A stretch of DNA of 64,000 bases, from contig OX597828.1 of NCBI GenBank assembly GCA_951406725.2, positions 18,600,001 through 18,664,000 on the forward strand, written 5' to 3'. Below are positions 42,065-55,680 of this stretch, piece after piece. The translations under genes and the position numbers were made by a program. The stretch's first letter is position 1, and every line of letters starts with the position of its first letter. The notes under the pieces were generated by a model that saw only the letters and a program-made list of their open reading frames with translations, searched no databases and was not told where the DNA came from. The stretch comes from Octopus vulgaris. Lineage: Eukaryota.

Positions 42065-42760
42065 TATTGATTTCAAATATTGGCACAGGGTCAGAAATTT
42101 CGAGCAAGGGGATAAACCGATTACTTGGTCTCCAGTACTCAACTGGTACTTATTTTATCGACTCCGAAAGTATGAATGGCAAGGGCGACCTTGGCAGTAT
42201 TTGAACTCAGAGCCCAAAGACAGATGAATTACGACCAAACATTTCGCCCAAAGTGCTAATGATTCTGCCAGGTCGGCCGCTTTCTTCTACAGGGTAATAT
42301 TGGTTTCAAATTTCGATAGAAAGCAAACAATTTCGGAGTAAAGGATAAATCGATCACATCGACACCAGTATTTTACTGGTACTTAATTTATCGACACCGA
42401 AACGATTACAGGCAAAGCTGACCTCGTGGTATTTGAACGTGAAAACGGCCGCAATGCCGCTAAGCATTTTGCCCGGCGTGCTAACGACGCTGTCAGCGAG
42501 CCCACTTACTTGCACAGTACAATATCAATAAACTTGAACTAATGTAGTGAGTTAGTAGAATCGTTAGCACACAGGTCAAAATATTCAGCGGCATTTCGTA
42601 CCTCTTAACATTTTGAGTTCAAATTCCACTGCGGATGATTTTGCTTTCATCCTTTCGGAGGCGATAAAATAAGTACCAGTAGAACATTCGGGTTGATGTA
42701 AACGATTTTGTCCCGCCTCGGAAACTTTTGACCTTGTGGCAAAATTTGAATTCATTATTT
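42065..42760. mobile_element. Three diverged SINE family 2 copies (two minus, one plus)
   Basis: Family 2 motifs at ~42140, 42375 and 42640. Confidence 0.7.
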
Positions 42761-42799
42761 ATACTAATCTACAAGTCTTTGTATTTCATTTAATTCTTA

Positions 42800-43162
42800 T
42801 ATTCTTTTATTTGTTTCAGTCATTTGACTGCGGCCATCCTGGAGCACCGCCTTTAGTCGAACAAATCGATTCCAGGACTTATTCTTTGTAAGCCTAGTAC
42901 TTATCATATTACTCTCTTTTGCCGAACCGCTACGTTTACGGGGACGTGAACACACCAACGTCGGTTGTCAAGTGATACTGGGGGACCAAACACAGACACA
43001 CAAACATATACATATATGTATATACGACAGGCTTCTTTCAGTTTCCGTCTACCAAATCCATTCACAAGTCTTTGGTCGGCCCGTGACTATAGTAGAAGAC
43101 ACTTGCCCAAGGTTGCACGCAGTGGGACTGAACCCGGAACCATGTGGGTGGTAAGGAAGTTC
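42800..43162 (-). mobile_element. SINE family 1
   Basis: Similarity to other copies. Confidence 0.85.
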
Positions 43163-43521
43163 TGATCACGATCGAAAGACCACAATTTCAATTTTTGACC
43201 AGGAGACGTGCGCTGCGTTGTCTAGCAAAACACTTCATCTAACTTCTCCATTGAGTTATGATACAAGCAATGTTACATTAAACTAAATAATGACTCAGTA
43301 CATTTTACTAAGTATAGATTCTACTCAGCAAGAGAAGTGATAGGAGTGACATCGAAGTTTCGCGCTGCTACATACATATATCCGTATATGTATATATGGC
43401 TTAGTGGTTCGAGGTATTCAGCTCATGAACGTAGGACACTTTAAGTGTCAGTTCGATTTCCGGTGGCGTCTGAGTGTGTGTGTAGTTGCGTGTGTATGTG
43501 TGTGAAAAAAAAATATATATA

Positions 43522-43678
43522 CAGGCGCAGGAGTGGCTGTGTGGTAAGTAGCTTGTTTACCAACCACATGGTTCCGGGTTCAGTCCGGGCAAGTGTGTTC
43601 TACTATAGCCTCGGGCCGACCAAAGCCTTGTGAGTGGATTTGGTAGACGGAAACTGAAAGAAGCCTGTCGTATATATG

Positions 43679-43733
<55 letters not shown>

Positions 43734-43897
43734 TGGTGTGTTCATGTCCCCGTTACATAGCGGTTCGGCAGAAGAGACCGATAGAATAAGTGCTGGGCTT
43801 ACAAAAAAATAAGTCCCGGGGTCGAGTTGCTCGATTAAAGGCGGTGCTCCAGCATGGCCGCAGTCAAATGACTGAAACAAGTAAAAGAATAAAAGAG
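43522..43897 (+). mobile_element. SINE family 1 with internal deletions
   Basis: Head ggcgcaggagtggctgtgtgg and tail gtaaaagaataaaagagta. Confidence 0.85.
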
Positions 43898-44074
43898 TAT
43901 GCATATATGCGTATACATATATACGTATGTATGAAGAGAGTGTGTCTGATGCTTTAGAAATTAAAAATAAGTTTTAATGAAGTATCAAGTGAATTGAATA
44001 TTCTTCACAGCATATCCTGATTGAATGCTCGAGGTTGCCAATGAGAAACATTAAGCATAGCCTGGGTGTGTGCG

Positions 44075-44115
<41 letters not shown>

Positions 44116-44351
44116 ATATGCGTGTGTATGAGTACGTATGTTCTTATAATGAGTTTCTTTACAAACATGAGAACATGCAATGTATATATAGGAGTGCGTG
44201 TGTGTGTGTGTGTGTGTGTGTGTCTATGTGTGTAAACTCAGAAGGAGATAATGATCAAGATAACTGTTTATTTACCATAAAATCCAATCAAAATTTGTTA
44301 TTAAATGTGTGTATATATATATGGGTGTGTGTGTAAATATATATATACATG

Positions 44352-44415
<64 letters not shown>

Positions 44416-44866
44416 CGTACATATATGATGAATGAGCAAAAACAAGAAAAAGCAAAATGTATGTGTGTGTGTACATACATATATATATATACACACACAC
44501 AGATACATGCATATAATGATAGATAGATAGACAGATAGATAGATAGATGATAGATAGATGCATGTATACAAATAGAAGCATATTTGTACATATATAAACA
44601 CAATCACACACACACACATACACACACACACACACACATACGCTCACATATATATATATGTATATTGTGGTATTACGTGCAATATCAAATGTCTGTTTTT
44701 TTGCACAACTTTTGACAGATTTTCACCACAAAATATTTTCTGATATGCTAAAAACGTGGAAAAGAAAGAAAGAAAAAAGAATCAGAATTTCATTTCTTTT
44801 GAAATATGAAATGTGCATCAGGTAATTTCACTGCTCCGACTGTGGATGGATGGATGGATGAATACA

Positions 44867-44926
<60 letters not shown>

Positions 44927-45004
44927 AATATATATATATACGTGTGTGTAGACATGTATATGTATATGTATATATATATATATGTGTGTGTGTGTGTATG
45001 TATG

Positions 45005-45044
<40 letters not shown>

Positions 45045-45148
45045 TGTATATACATGTATATATACATATGTATAGATATATGTGAGTGTCTTTATAATGA
45101 CATACATGAGGTCATAGTTGATGTAGTACCTCCCCAAACAACATATAC

Positions 45149-45269
<121 letters not shown>

Positions 45270-45312
45270 TATATGTTCTTTATGTACATATACTATCTAG
45301 ATAGATAGATAG

Positions 45313-45346
<34 letters not shown>

Positions 45347-45866
45347 GTGTGTGTGTGTGTGTGTGTGTATCTTGAGAGATAGATAACGTGTGTGCTTGTG
45401 TTTCTCTGTGTGTGTCGGTGTGTATTCTATTCACTGAATTCTTGTGGATTCCTATACACTGAAACACACAACGTACCACATCCCTCATGTACTACGTGCT
45501 TTATTAAGTCTTGTTCGAAAACATCCAGCACCATCTCTCCTCCTCCTCCTCCTCTTCTCTGTCTTTCTCCCACTGCATCTTCATGCATATACACACATAC
45601 ATTCATATATATATATATATATATATATATGTATACATAGAGAGAGAGAGAGATAGATAGATACATACATACATACATACATACATACATACATACATAG
45701 ATGAAGACACATACATAGATACGCGTACATACGTACACATATATATATAATATATATACGTCCATATAATATACATGCATACATGGAATACATGCATCGA
45801 GGTATAAACACGGTTTTCATTTTTAGTGTTTGTTTGTTATTTTGTCTTGTTGCTGCTGCAGCTCTT

Positions 45867-45912
<46 letters not shown>

Positions 45913-48234
45913 TCATAGCGCAGTGCAAAAAGCATGTCAACCATCTTAAGAAATTAATTTTTTCCTGATGAGATTAGAAAACGATCGAATCTTGATAAAG
46001 TCGACGTGAAAAAAAAGTTCTCGCGTTTTGCTCCACACTGGAACATAGAAACATAAACACAATAGCTGCAAATACACACACACACACACACATAGATACA
46101 TGCACACACACACACACATTCATACATAGACACATTCATATATATATGTATGTATGTATGCATATATGTATGTATTTATGTACTGCGTAGTACAAAACTC
46201 GAAAATGGAAATGAAAAAAAAATACTGTTTTTTTACTGAGTCACCAATGATTTAATTTTCAATGTTTGTCTTTTAATAATATTGCAGTCTTTGCATGGCT
46301 CAGCAAAGTTACTATGCATTTCAATATTGATAATTACGGATCAATAATGCAATAATAGAAAGTGCAAACCTTGCCCCTGCAGTACATATTGTTTTCGGGG
46401 GTTTTTTTTGTTTTTATTTTCTTCGGGGTTTTCCAAGGATTTTTCTCCCTCATTTGCTAGTTGTTGTTGTTGGTTATTGTTTTTTTTTTTAAATTTTTGT
46501 TTGTTTGTTTGTTTTTTTCTTTGTGTGTGTTTTACATTGGATAAATGTTGACGTTGGCGGTGGTGAGTATTTTTCTTTTTTTTTGTGTGTGTGGGGGGGG
46601 GGGGCTGGGGGGAGCGGGGTGCCAATAATCATGATGTCAGTTTCTACAGCAAAGTCTCGAAACCTCGTGATCTCATTTGAGATTTGAGATCTGAGAACTG
46701 GAAATCCCAAGTTTTGACATTCTTTCGTAACGGCGTGGATAAACAGGTCCTCGAATTTCAGACAACAAAAAGAAACAAAAAAAAAAACAGGAAGATTTAC
46801 TGAATCCACAAATTTTTTCTAACATTCCATCGTAGTCAGTAGAAAAACGCCGCTTGGTGCTTAACAAAACGTCGCCGCCGCCGCCGCTGCCGACCTCCCC
46901 CTCCTCATGAGATGCATTTTTGAAACAACGCAATGTCTGGTTCTGGTGTACACTCGTCAACATAATTCACTTCTTTCACGATTTGATTCCCTGACTTGTT
47001 TTAGTCATTGGACTGCAACCATACTGAAGCACTGCCTTAAAGGGTCTTTATTCGATCAAACTGTCCCCCATATACTTATTTGGCTTCGCTTTGCTTTGCT
47101 TTTTGTCTTGTTTCATTCTTTAAACTATCTGTTATTTATTCTACCTTCTTTTTCGCGGAACAGCTAAGTTATGAGGATGTAAACAAACCAAGCGGTGGTG
47201 GGGACAATCACAAAGACGCACGTGCATATGTATACACACACATATGTACACACATAAAATATATATACACACACAAATATATATATATACACACACACAC
47301 AATTAATAAGAGGAATTTGTGGTAAGGCAATTTGACGTCTATTTCTAGCGTATAGGAATCCACTTTAGTGGTCATTCCTCTTATTAATTGTAATATAATT
47401 TTTAAATCTTCGGATTTTTTTCAATATGCTAGACCACTGTTTTAAATTGATGTTAATTGATTGATATCAATTTCTACCCTCATTATTTAAATTTTATATA
47501 CACACACATGTATAATATATATATATATATATAGCTATAGTAGAAGACACTAACGTAAGGTGCCACGCAGTGGGACTGAACCCGGAACCATGTGGTTTGG
47601 AAGCAAGCTTCTTACCACACAGTGACACCTGATGTACGATAAATAGAAAGAATCAGAACGTTGACTTGCATATTCTAGATAATAATTTTAAGAATCCCTA
47701 ATATTTTATCAAAGGAAATTTTAATTTATCATTAAAAGAAACATTAAATTTGATACCACTACCCAAAAAGTGAATTTTAATTCGTTCCGGTTGATTCGAA
47801 TGTGGATATGCTAATCGCTGTCGTTGCATTTCGTCGTTGGGGAATAAATTCTCCTTTGATACGAACGTGTGTTCATAGCCTATTCGATACACAAGCGTAA
47901 GAGGACTTTGGGACATCCGGTGTTTAGACATCTCTGAGTCTCCCCAGCCAAGGTTACACTAGAGTAATGAATCTAACGACGTGTAACTGAAGAACTATCT
48001 GCTCCTATTGAGAATTTAGACTTGTGTCATAGACTAGATCAAGGCAGTAATTTGGTAAAATTGTTAGAATGCCGAGTACAATGTCTTGTCGTATTCGTTC
48101 TGACTGTCAATGCTCTGAGATCAAATTCTGCCGAGGCTAAATTTGATATTCATTCTCCCAAGATCAACAAAGTACCACTGCAATACTAGGGTTGGCTCTC
48201 TCTCTCTGTCTCTTTCTCTCTTTCCCTCTCTCTG

Positions 48235-48265
<31 letters not shown>

Positions 48266-48492
48266 GAAAGAAATAGATTGTATTCAGACCTAAGAAGGGG
48301 TAGGCTCCACTGGGTTTAGAATGCTTCAGATATGGCATACTCCTCACATGGCACGCGTAGCTGCATAGCTCCGACGACTCTAACAAGAATTGAGGATTCA
48401 TAAAAGGAAAGAAAGGAAGAGAAAGAAAAAATGATGAAAAAAAAAATAAAGCAAGCAGGCAAGAAAGATAGAAAGAAAGACAGAAGGCAGAT

Positions 48493-48602
<110 letters not shown>

Positions 48603-49299
48603 TTACGAAGGAAGGAAGGAAGGAAGGAAGGAAGGAAGGAAGGAAGGAAGGAAGGAAGGAAGGATAAACTCGATCTTGATCATGCTATTACACCACGGCG
48701 CATGCACTCACAAAGGTTGGAAAATTTTCTCATACGAAAGTACAAAGTTTCTCAAATTCTGCTGTGAGGAATCCACAGTCTTCCATCATTCTGTCATTTC
48801 TGTCGAGAAATATTTTCATTTTAAAGATTCCACTTGTGAGTTTTAAATCTGTATTCTGAAATAGAACTCGTAATGTAACTGACGAATGAGTAGTATTTCT
48901 CCTTGAAGGGGTAATTCTATGTGATCCTTTATAACTGACATTTTGTCTTCTAAGTGGAATATAATTATATCCAATATAGAGAAAAAGAGAGGAAGGAGAC
49001 GAGAGACAGGCAGAGTGTGAGAGAGGAAGAGCGCCAGAGAGAGAGAGAGAGGAAGAAAGAGAGGGAGAGAGAAACGGAGATAAAACTGGCATTTTCAGAG
49101 CTGTACTGTCTATGCTGCTTTGTACCGTCTTGTACTCAGGCATCCTTTCATTTGTGTGTTGTCCTGCAGGCCAGACAAGAATTGATTCTTGAGTAATTTA
49201 TAAAACAGTTATTCTAAATTTTGGTATAGCGAGAATTATTTGATTTTTCTGTGTTGCGAAAGACATGTTGTATGAAACCGATGTATTAAAAAATACATA

Positions 49300-49301
49300 A
49301 A

Positions 49302-49332
<31 letters not shown>

Positions 49333-49346
49333 AAATATATAAAATA

Positions 49347-49382
<36 letters not shown>

Positions 49383-49522
49383 GATGGAAATATATAAAAT
49401 TTTATATATATATATATGATGGAAGTATATAAAATTATATATATATATATATATATATGATGGAAGTATATAAAATCATATATATATATATATATATATA
49501 TGATGATGAAAATATATAAAAA
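49300..49522. repeat. Composite minisatellite (TA)n-tgatggaa(a/g)tatataaaat, five units
   Basis: The motif recurs at ~49327, 49382, 49417, 49458 and 49504. Confidence 0.85.
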
Positions 49523-50210
49523 AAGATCAATGGTTTCTTTCCAGAGAATACGCTTATTTTAATGCAATATATTGGAAACTAACCTTTGTAGACAATTCTG
49601 CCGTCAGAAAACAACTTGGGAGATTATTTTTAAACTCCATTTTGGATCACCGAGGGAGAAAACAATACGACGCCATTTTGTTTGAGATCTGCTCTCTGAT
49701 TGTTTCCATTGGGGTATATTGTTGTACAGGCCAGAATTAGAAACATCTTGCTATACAACGAGGCTAAGGAGGGAACCGCTATGTGATCACTCAAGTTGCT
49801 AGAAATAACGACCAAATCTCCTTGAAATTATATTCTACCGCTTTAAGATTGAAATGGTATAATTGATAATGTATTCCTAGGTATATTAGGTATGTGGAAA
49901 ATAATCGATGGGAATATCGTGGCTGGAACGCTTTTTTTAATAGTTTTGCTAGATCATGTCTATGCGGGGAAAAATAACAGCAACAACTGTAACTATCTCC
50001 ATTACAAGCTAAACATATAAGCAGAATTAACAGAATCGTTAGTGCGTCGGACAAATTATCATGCGATATTTGTTGCAGATCTTTGCAGTTTGAGTTCAAA
50101 TCTTACTGGAGTAGAACAACAACAACGATCAGATACTTTAGCTTACTATGCAGTGGTGTAATGGCAGAATCTTTAAAACCTGGGGTTATGTGTGTATAAC
50201 CTTGTTGATA

Positions 50211-50635
50211 TAGGCGTAGGCGTGGGTGTGTAGTGAGAGGTTTTGCTGCCTAGCCGCCACATTGTTCTGGGTTCAGTCTCATTGCGTGGCACCTTGGGCA
50301 AGTGTCTTCTACTATAGCTTCGGGTAGAATAAAACCTTGTGAGTGGATTTGGTAGAAGGAAACTGAATGTCAGACTCTGTGTGTGTGTGTGTGTGTGTAC
50401 GTGTGTGTGTCTGTGTGTTGCGTGCGTGCTTCATTGTCTTCCACCACTGCCTGACAGCCGGTGTTGGTGTGGTTATGTCCCCCGTAGCTTAGCGGCTCGG
50501 GAAGCGAAACCGATAGAATAAGACCAAGATTATAAAGCAAAATAATACTGGGGTCGATTCACTCGACTAAAAATCCTTCAAGGCGGTGCCCCAGCATGGC
50601 CGCAGTCTAATGACAAAAACAAGTGACAGAAATAA
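50211..50635 (+). mobile_element. SINE family 1 (diverged)
   Basis: The tail is interrupted by a family 2 insertion. Confidence 0.8.
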
Positions 50636-50868
50636 GGCGGCCAGCTGGCAGTATCGTTAGCACGCCAGGCGAAATGCTTTATGGTACTTTGTCTGCTGTT
50701 ACGTTCTGAGTTCAAATTCCGCCGAGGTCGACTTTGCCTTTTATCCTCTCGGGGTTGATATATTAAGTACCAGTTACGCACTGGGGTCGATGTAATTGAC
50801 TTAATTCCTTTGTCTGTCCTTGTTTGCCCCCTCTATGTTTAGCCCCTTGTGAGCAATAAAGAAATAAG
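50636..50868 (+). mobile_element. SINE family 2 with long target-site duplication
   Basis: Flanked on both sides by aaacaagtgacagaaataa. Confidence 0.9.
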
Positions 50869-51438
50869 AAACAAGTGACAGAAATAACAGATAAATATTT
50901 GTTCCGAATCTTTTGATTGTGAATTCAAATCACCCGAGCTTAACATTGCTTTTGTCACTCTCGGATGGACAAAATAAAATGGCAGTCAAATATTAGTGAT
51001 GTAATCGGCGAACCACCCCGCTGAAATAGCTGGCTTTTTGCCTGAGAAACGACAAATGCAAGTTATAAACAACATAGGTCTGGAATAAATGTATAAAAAT
51101 CCATTATCTGTATTTTATATCCATCCATCTGTCTACCTACATTTTCTAGCTATCCTTCTATCTATATGCGTGTGAGTATTATGTACGTACGTATGTATGT
51201 ACGTGTGTATGTATGTATGTATGTATGTATGTATGTATGTATGTATGTATGTATGTATGTATGTATGTATGTATGTATGCGTGTGTGTATGTATGTATGT
51301 ATGTATGTATGTATGTATTCACACAGAGAGAAACGGCAAAGTGACAGTCAGAAAATAAATGATTTTCCTCGCTGAAAACATCTTACAAACTTAAAAGTAG
51401 ACACGGTAGACAATGTATTCTCACTCTTTCTCTCTCAC

Positions 51439-51493
<55 letters not shown>

Positions 51494-51570
51494 TAGACAA
51501 ACGAAAGAAGGGCGCTCAACATATTTATTGGGAGTTAAATGTATGGATCAAAACAGTTTCATTCAGATTC

Positions 51571-51614
51571 CTTGCTACTCTGAGTTTCAAGCATGTGGCT
51601 AATCTTCGGTATTT
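51571..51614 (-). ncRNA. Hammerhead-like motif in 3' PLE terminal repeat
   Basis: Minus strand CCGAAGA UUAGC-CACAU-GCUU GAAA CUCAGAG UA; counterpart of the 53503-53548 motif. Confidence 0.55.
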
Positions 51615-52109
51615 GGATTGTGAATGAGATTTCGATTGGAGGGAGCCAATGTTTATTTTTGGATGCTAGCCTGCGATTGGTCAAGAAAGGCCACGCGGTA
51701 TTGATGTCGGTAATTTAGCGACAGCAGTTAGAGGGAAAATACCGCATGGTAAACGGAAAATTGACCAAGTGCTGAAAAGGAAATCGACCGCGTGGGGAGC
51801 AAGTTGTCGGTTGTGTGGTTGGGAAGAAGTAGGAGGGAGTGGTAGATGTGGGGGTTTGCGTGTATGCATCAGTACTTATACGTGTGTATAAGTGTACGTA
51901 GATGTAGTCACACATACGCGCACACACACACATACATACAGAGACACACACACGAAAGCACACACGTACATATGCACCCGCGCACTCATATACACACGCA
52001 CACGCGTGCACACCTTTATCTACGTGTACATATGCACAAGAGCATACGCATGCGCACGCGAGTACGCACGTTTGCATATAAGCACACGCATGGGTGCACA
52101 TGGAAATTT

Positions 52110-53048
52110 AACAGAAGAGTTTACCTCTGGTGACAGCAATACAATACGATTTTTTGTTGATGGATACTGCGGGTTGGTAGATGATATGCAGATTTTTGCA
52201 GAGTCAGAGCTGGCAATTAGGGGCACCGGGTGAATATGGTGGCGCCCTGTTGATAATAGTCCATTTGATGCTGGCTGTTTCATCTCAGAGGTCACGAAGT
52301 CTCCAGAGAAAATGTAACAAAGAAGTGGAGTTTTCTCTCTCCCTGGATCTAAATGAATGCAAGTGGTAGGAATAACTTCCCTTGAAGCCATTGATTGCCA
52401 TGCCCATGTAGCACCTAGTAATACCATCGGATGGTGTAAGGGTGGCTCTGTATACGACAGCTCTTGACAGGCAGGAGCCTCTTAAAGAGCAAGTGTTAGG
52501 GAAGTTTCGGACGTTGCATGTGGGAGTTGAGGGCTGTGTGGATATGCTTTTACACCTGTTGATGCGTGCGTTGTTTGATGCGATGTTGCCAAAGCAGGAG
52601 TAGCTTACCTTGACATTATGGGGATTGAAAAGTTTGTAATACTGGGGAAATGTTTCTTTATTAACGACAGAAAGTCCCTGGCAATGTTGGTAGAAACGTC
52701 TGTGTTAAATGGGGGGTTATACCAGATTATTTTCCTTTTCCTAATTATTTTAGGGTAAGGACAGCGGATTTGAAGTTCGTCCACATATGTAAGATTCTCA
52801 GAAAATCTGCTCCTAGGCAAAGCATCGATTTAGTGGTTGGGGTGGCCCTGTTAAATATCTTCATATTGGGTGAGAGTTTAGACACCCGTTTGCTAATGCC
52901 TGAAACCAGGTTTCTGATTATAGCGGCAGTGGTTTGAGCTCTTGTGAATGTATCCGTTTCTTCATTAGGCTTCCTATAGGGGTATTTTCCTATATTCAGG
53001 TCTAAGGTAACGTCCAAGAAATCGACCGTAGTCAAGTTGGTAGTAACC
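52110..53048 (-). pseudogene. PLE reverse transcriptase C-terminus / GIY-YIG endonuclease remnant
   Basis: ORF-track fragments 52745-53212 and 52605-52820 contain DFLDVTL and WYNPPF motifs. A Cys-rich linker and VVYRAT follow in other frames, with several frameshifts. Confidence 0.85.
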
Positions 53049-53502
53049 GTGCATGTATGTAAATGTGAGCACTCGTGCGTGCGCGAGCGTGTGGAGATAA
53101 AGGTGTGCACGCGTGTACGTCCATGTGTGCGAGTGTGTATGCGTGTTCTTTCGTGTATCTGTGTCTGTCTGCGTGTATGTATGTTTGCGTGTGTGCATCC
53201 GCGTGCACGCACGGATGTGTGAATGTATATCTACGTACAGACTCGTATAACTACTGATGTATACATGTGTGTATATATATATATATATCCTCACATCTAC
53301 CGCCTGTTCCTACTTCCCCGCAACCACACGACCGATATCTTGCCCTCCACGCGGTCGATTTCCTGTTCACCATGTGATATTTTCCATTTAACTGCTATCG
53401 CTAAATTACCGACATCAATATCACGTAACCTTTCTCGACCAATCGCAGGCTAACGTCCAGTTATAAACGTTGACTATTTTCGATCGAACTCTCATTCAGA
53501 CT

Positions 53503-53548
53503 CTAATGGCCGAAGACTAGCCACGTGCCTGAAACTCAGAGTACTAAC
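53503..53548 (+). ncRNA. Hammerhead-like motif in inverted PLE terminal repeat
   Basis: CCGAAGA CUAGCCACGUGCCU GAAA CUC-A-GAG UA: core, stem II, GAAA, stem III and GUA triplet. Stem I is poorly preserved. Confidence 0.55.
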
Positions 53549-53660
53549 GTACCTGAATCTAGCTGTTTTAATCTATAAATGTAACTCCCAATAAATGTAT
53601 TGAGTGCCTTTCCTTCGTTTGTTTATTCATTCATATATATATATATATATATAATTATTT

Positions 53661-54211
53661 CATTATTATTATTGAGTGAGAGAGCAGTGCATGCCATCAA
53701 AATGATACTGGGGTACAAATATACGAAGCCCAGTATATCCATCATGACTACCCGTCTGATAAGGGTACACCAGGCACATACATCACAACAATATGTGCGC
53801 GACATGGTGATCTCATATCAAGATTAACAGCGCATAACCTTGCGGATGGAGCCCAGTTAGAATTTTCTTCTGATCGAGGATCCCATCCCGCTCAAAAGAT
53901 CCCTGAATAAGGGTTGTTTAAGGATGTTGAACGAAACACACATGGTTCCGAAGGTGAATTATCCAAACCCCAAAGAATCCCTCTCAACACATGGCTATGA
54001 TGCCCCCCCCCCCACTACTTCTGCTCGTGATCAGAGATGCACATATCGTCAGTTCCTAAGGGACATGCTCAACTGGTTAAGATCAAACAACTGACAAGCA
54101 AATCTGTGGTATTGAGCAGAATATTTGCTGTAGCCCATCTTTTATACCAAAACAATGTACATGATAACACTTCCAATCAGTTAAGATCAGAACCATGAGA
54201 GCCACTGTCTG
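53661..54211 (-). mobile_element. Unclassified retroposon (SINE or LINE 3' end) with (AAT)n tail
   Basis: Complex ~550-bp block. The minus strand ends ...ctctctcactc(aat)n and the other side borders a (TAT)n tract; no ORF. Confidence 0.45.
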
Positions 54212-54283
<72 letters not shown>

Positions 54284-54299
54284 TATGTCATCTTGCTTT

Positions 54300-54625
54300 T
54301 ATCTCCTACTTGTTTCAGTCATTGGACTGCGGCCATGCTGAAGAATTTTGTTTGAAATCTGGTACTTACTCTACAGGTCTCTGTTAGCGATCCGCTAATT
54401 TACGGGGACGCAAATGAACCAGCACTCTTTGTTAGGTGGTGGCAGGAGACAAAGACACACACATAGACATGACGGATGTCTTTCGATTTCCGTCAACCAA
54501 ATCAACTTGCAATGTATTGGTCTGCGTGGGGCTGCAGCAGAAGACACTTGTCCAAAGTACCGCGCAGTAGAACTGAACTCGGAACCCAGCGGTTGGGAAG
54601 CAAACTTTCTACCACATGACTACGC
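54300..54625 (-). mobile_element. SINE family 1 (old, diverged)
   Basis: cttgtttcagtcattggactgcggccatgctg ... gaagacacttgtccaa. Confidence 0.7.
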
Positions 54626-55307
54626 TTGCATCTGTGTGTGTATGAGTTTGTGTGTGTGTGTGTGTGTGTATTGTGTGTGTGCGTGCTTGCGTGTGTGAGA
54701 GAGTGGGAGAGAGAGAGAGTGGGGGTGCGTGTGTGTGAGTATGTGTGTGGAAAATATTGAGAGATATATAGATAAATAGAAAGGCAGGAAGGAAGGAAGG
54801 AAGGAAGGAAGGAAGGAACAAATAATAAGGGAGCTTCACGAGGACGCCTTTAATTTCAATTCTGTTTTGAGGATCAACAACTAACGACAACTACAACATT
54901 ATACATTTTTCAAGATAACAATTTGGTACTTAAATATGTCTTCAATTTCTAAGACAGTTTGTGTTACTTTCTTCTGCAGAATCTCACTCCCCTACAAAAA
55001 GAAATTAAACAAACAATAGAAATAAATGTATAAATAAATAAAAATGAGTGAAAATTTCGAGAAATGTCTATTTACTTCCAATTTGTACGAAGCAATATCG
55101 TTTAATCTCTTTCTTATAGTGTCAGGAATGCATTCGTTACTAGCTTATAATAATCTGTTTCTTAAGCTACCAGAAGTAAATGATAGGGCAGGGGAAAGTA
55201 TTTACATTTGAGAATTGTATATCGTTTTATCGACTTGTCAAAGAAAGTGGGGTGGTGTGCTTTTTACATATATACATACATATATGTGCGAATTCATGTA
55301 AGCATGC

Positions 55308-55309
55308 AT

Positions 55310-55344
<35 letters not shown>

Positions 55345-55460
55345 TATATATATATATATAAATTATATATATATAATACATATAATGTATGTATATATGC
55401 ATATATTTGCGTATGTACATTTCTATATATACATGTATATGCGTAATTGAACACACACAG

Positions 55461-55524
<64 letters not shown>

Positions 55525-55627
55525 TATATATATATATAATACATATAATGTATGTATATATGCATATATTTGCGTATGTACATTTCTATATATACATGTA
55601 TATGTGTAATTGAACACACACAAACAC

Positions 55628-55658
<31 letters not shown>

Positions 55659-55680
55659 TACACACACACACACATATATA
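55308..55680. repeat. ~160-bp tandem duplication of a compound microsatellite unit
   Basis: aattatatat...gcatatatttgcgtatgtacatttctata...gtaattgaacacacac at ~55361 and ~55522. Confidence 0.85.

Larger units (their letters stand above)
51495..53626 (-). mobile_element. 5'-truncated Penelope-like retroelement (PLE) with inverted terminal repeats
   Basis: Frameshifted RT-thumb and linker peptides on the minus strand (NLTTVDFLDVTLDL, YRKPN, IIRNLVSGISKRVSKLS, RKIIWYNPPF, NIARDFLSLIKKHFP, KVSYSC, CLSRAVVYRAT). They are flanked by diverged inverted repeats at ~51495-52080 and ~53050-53626. Confidence 0.85.

Noticed and set aside
47698-47931. 77-aa ORF MSKHRMSQ...
   Set aside because: No recognisable motif or splice signals.
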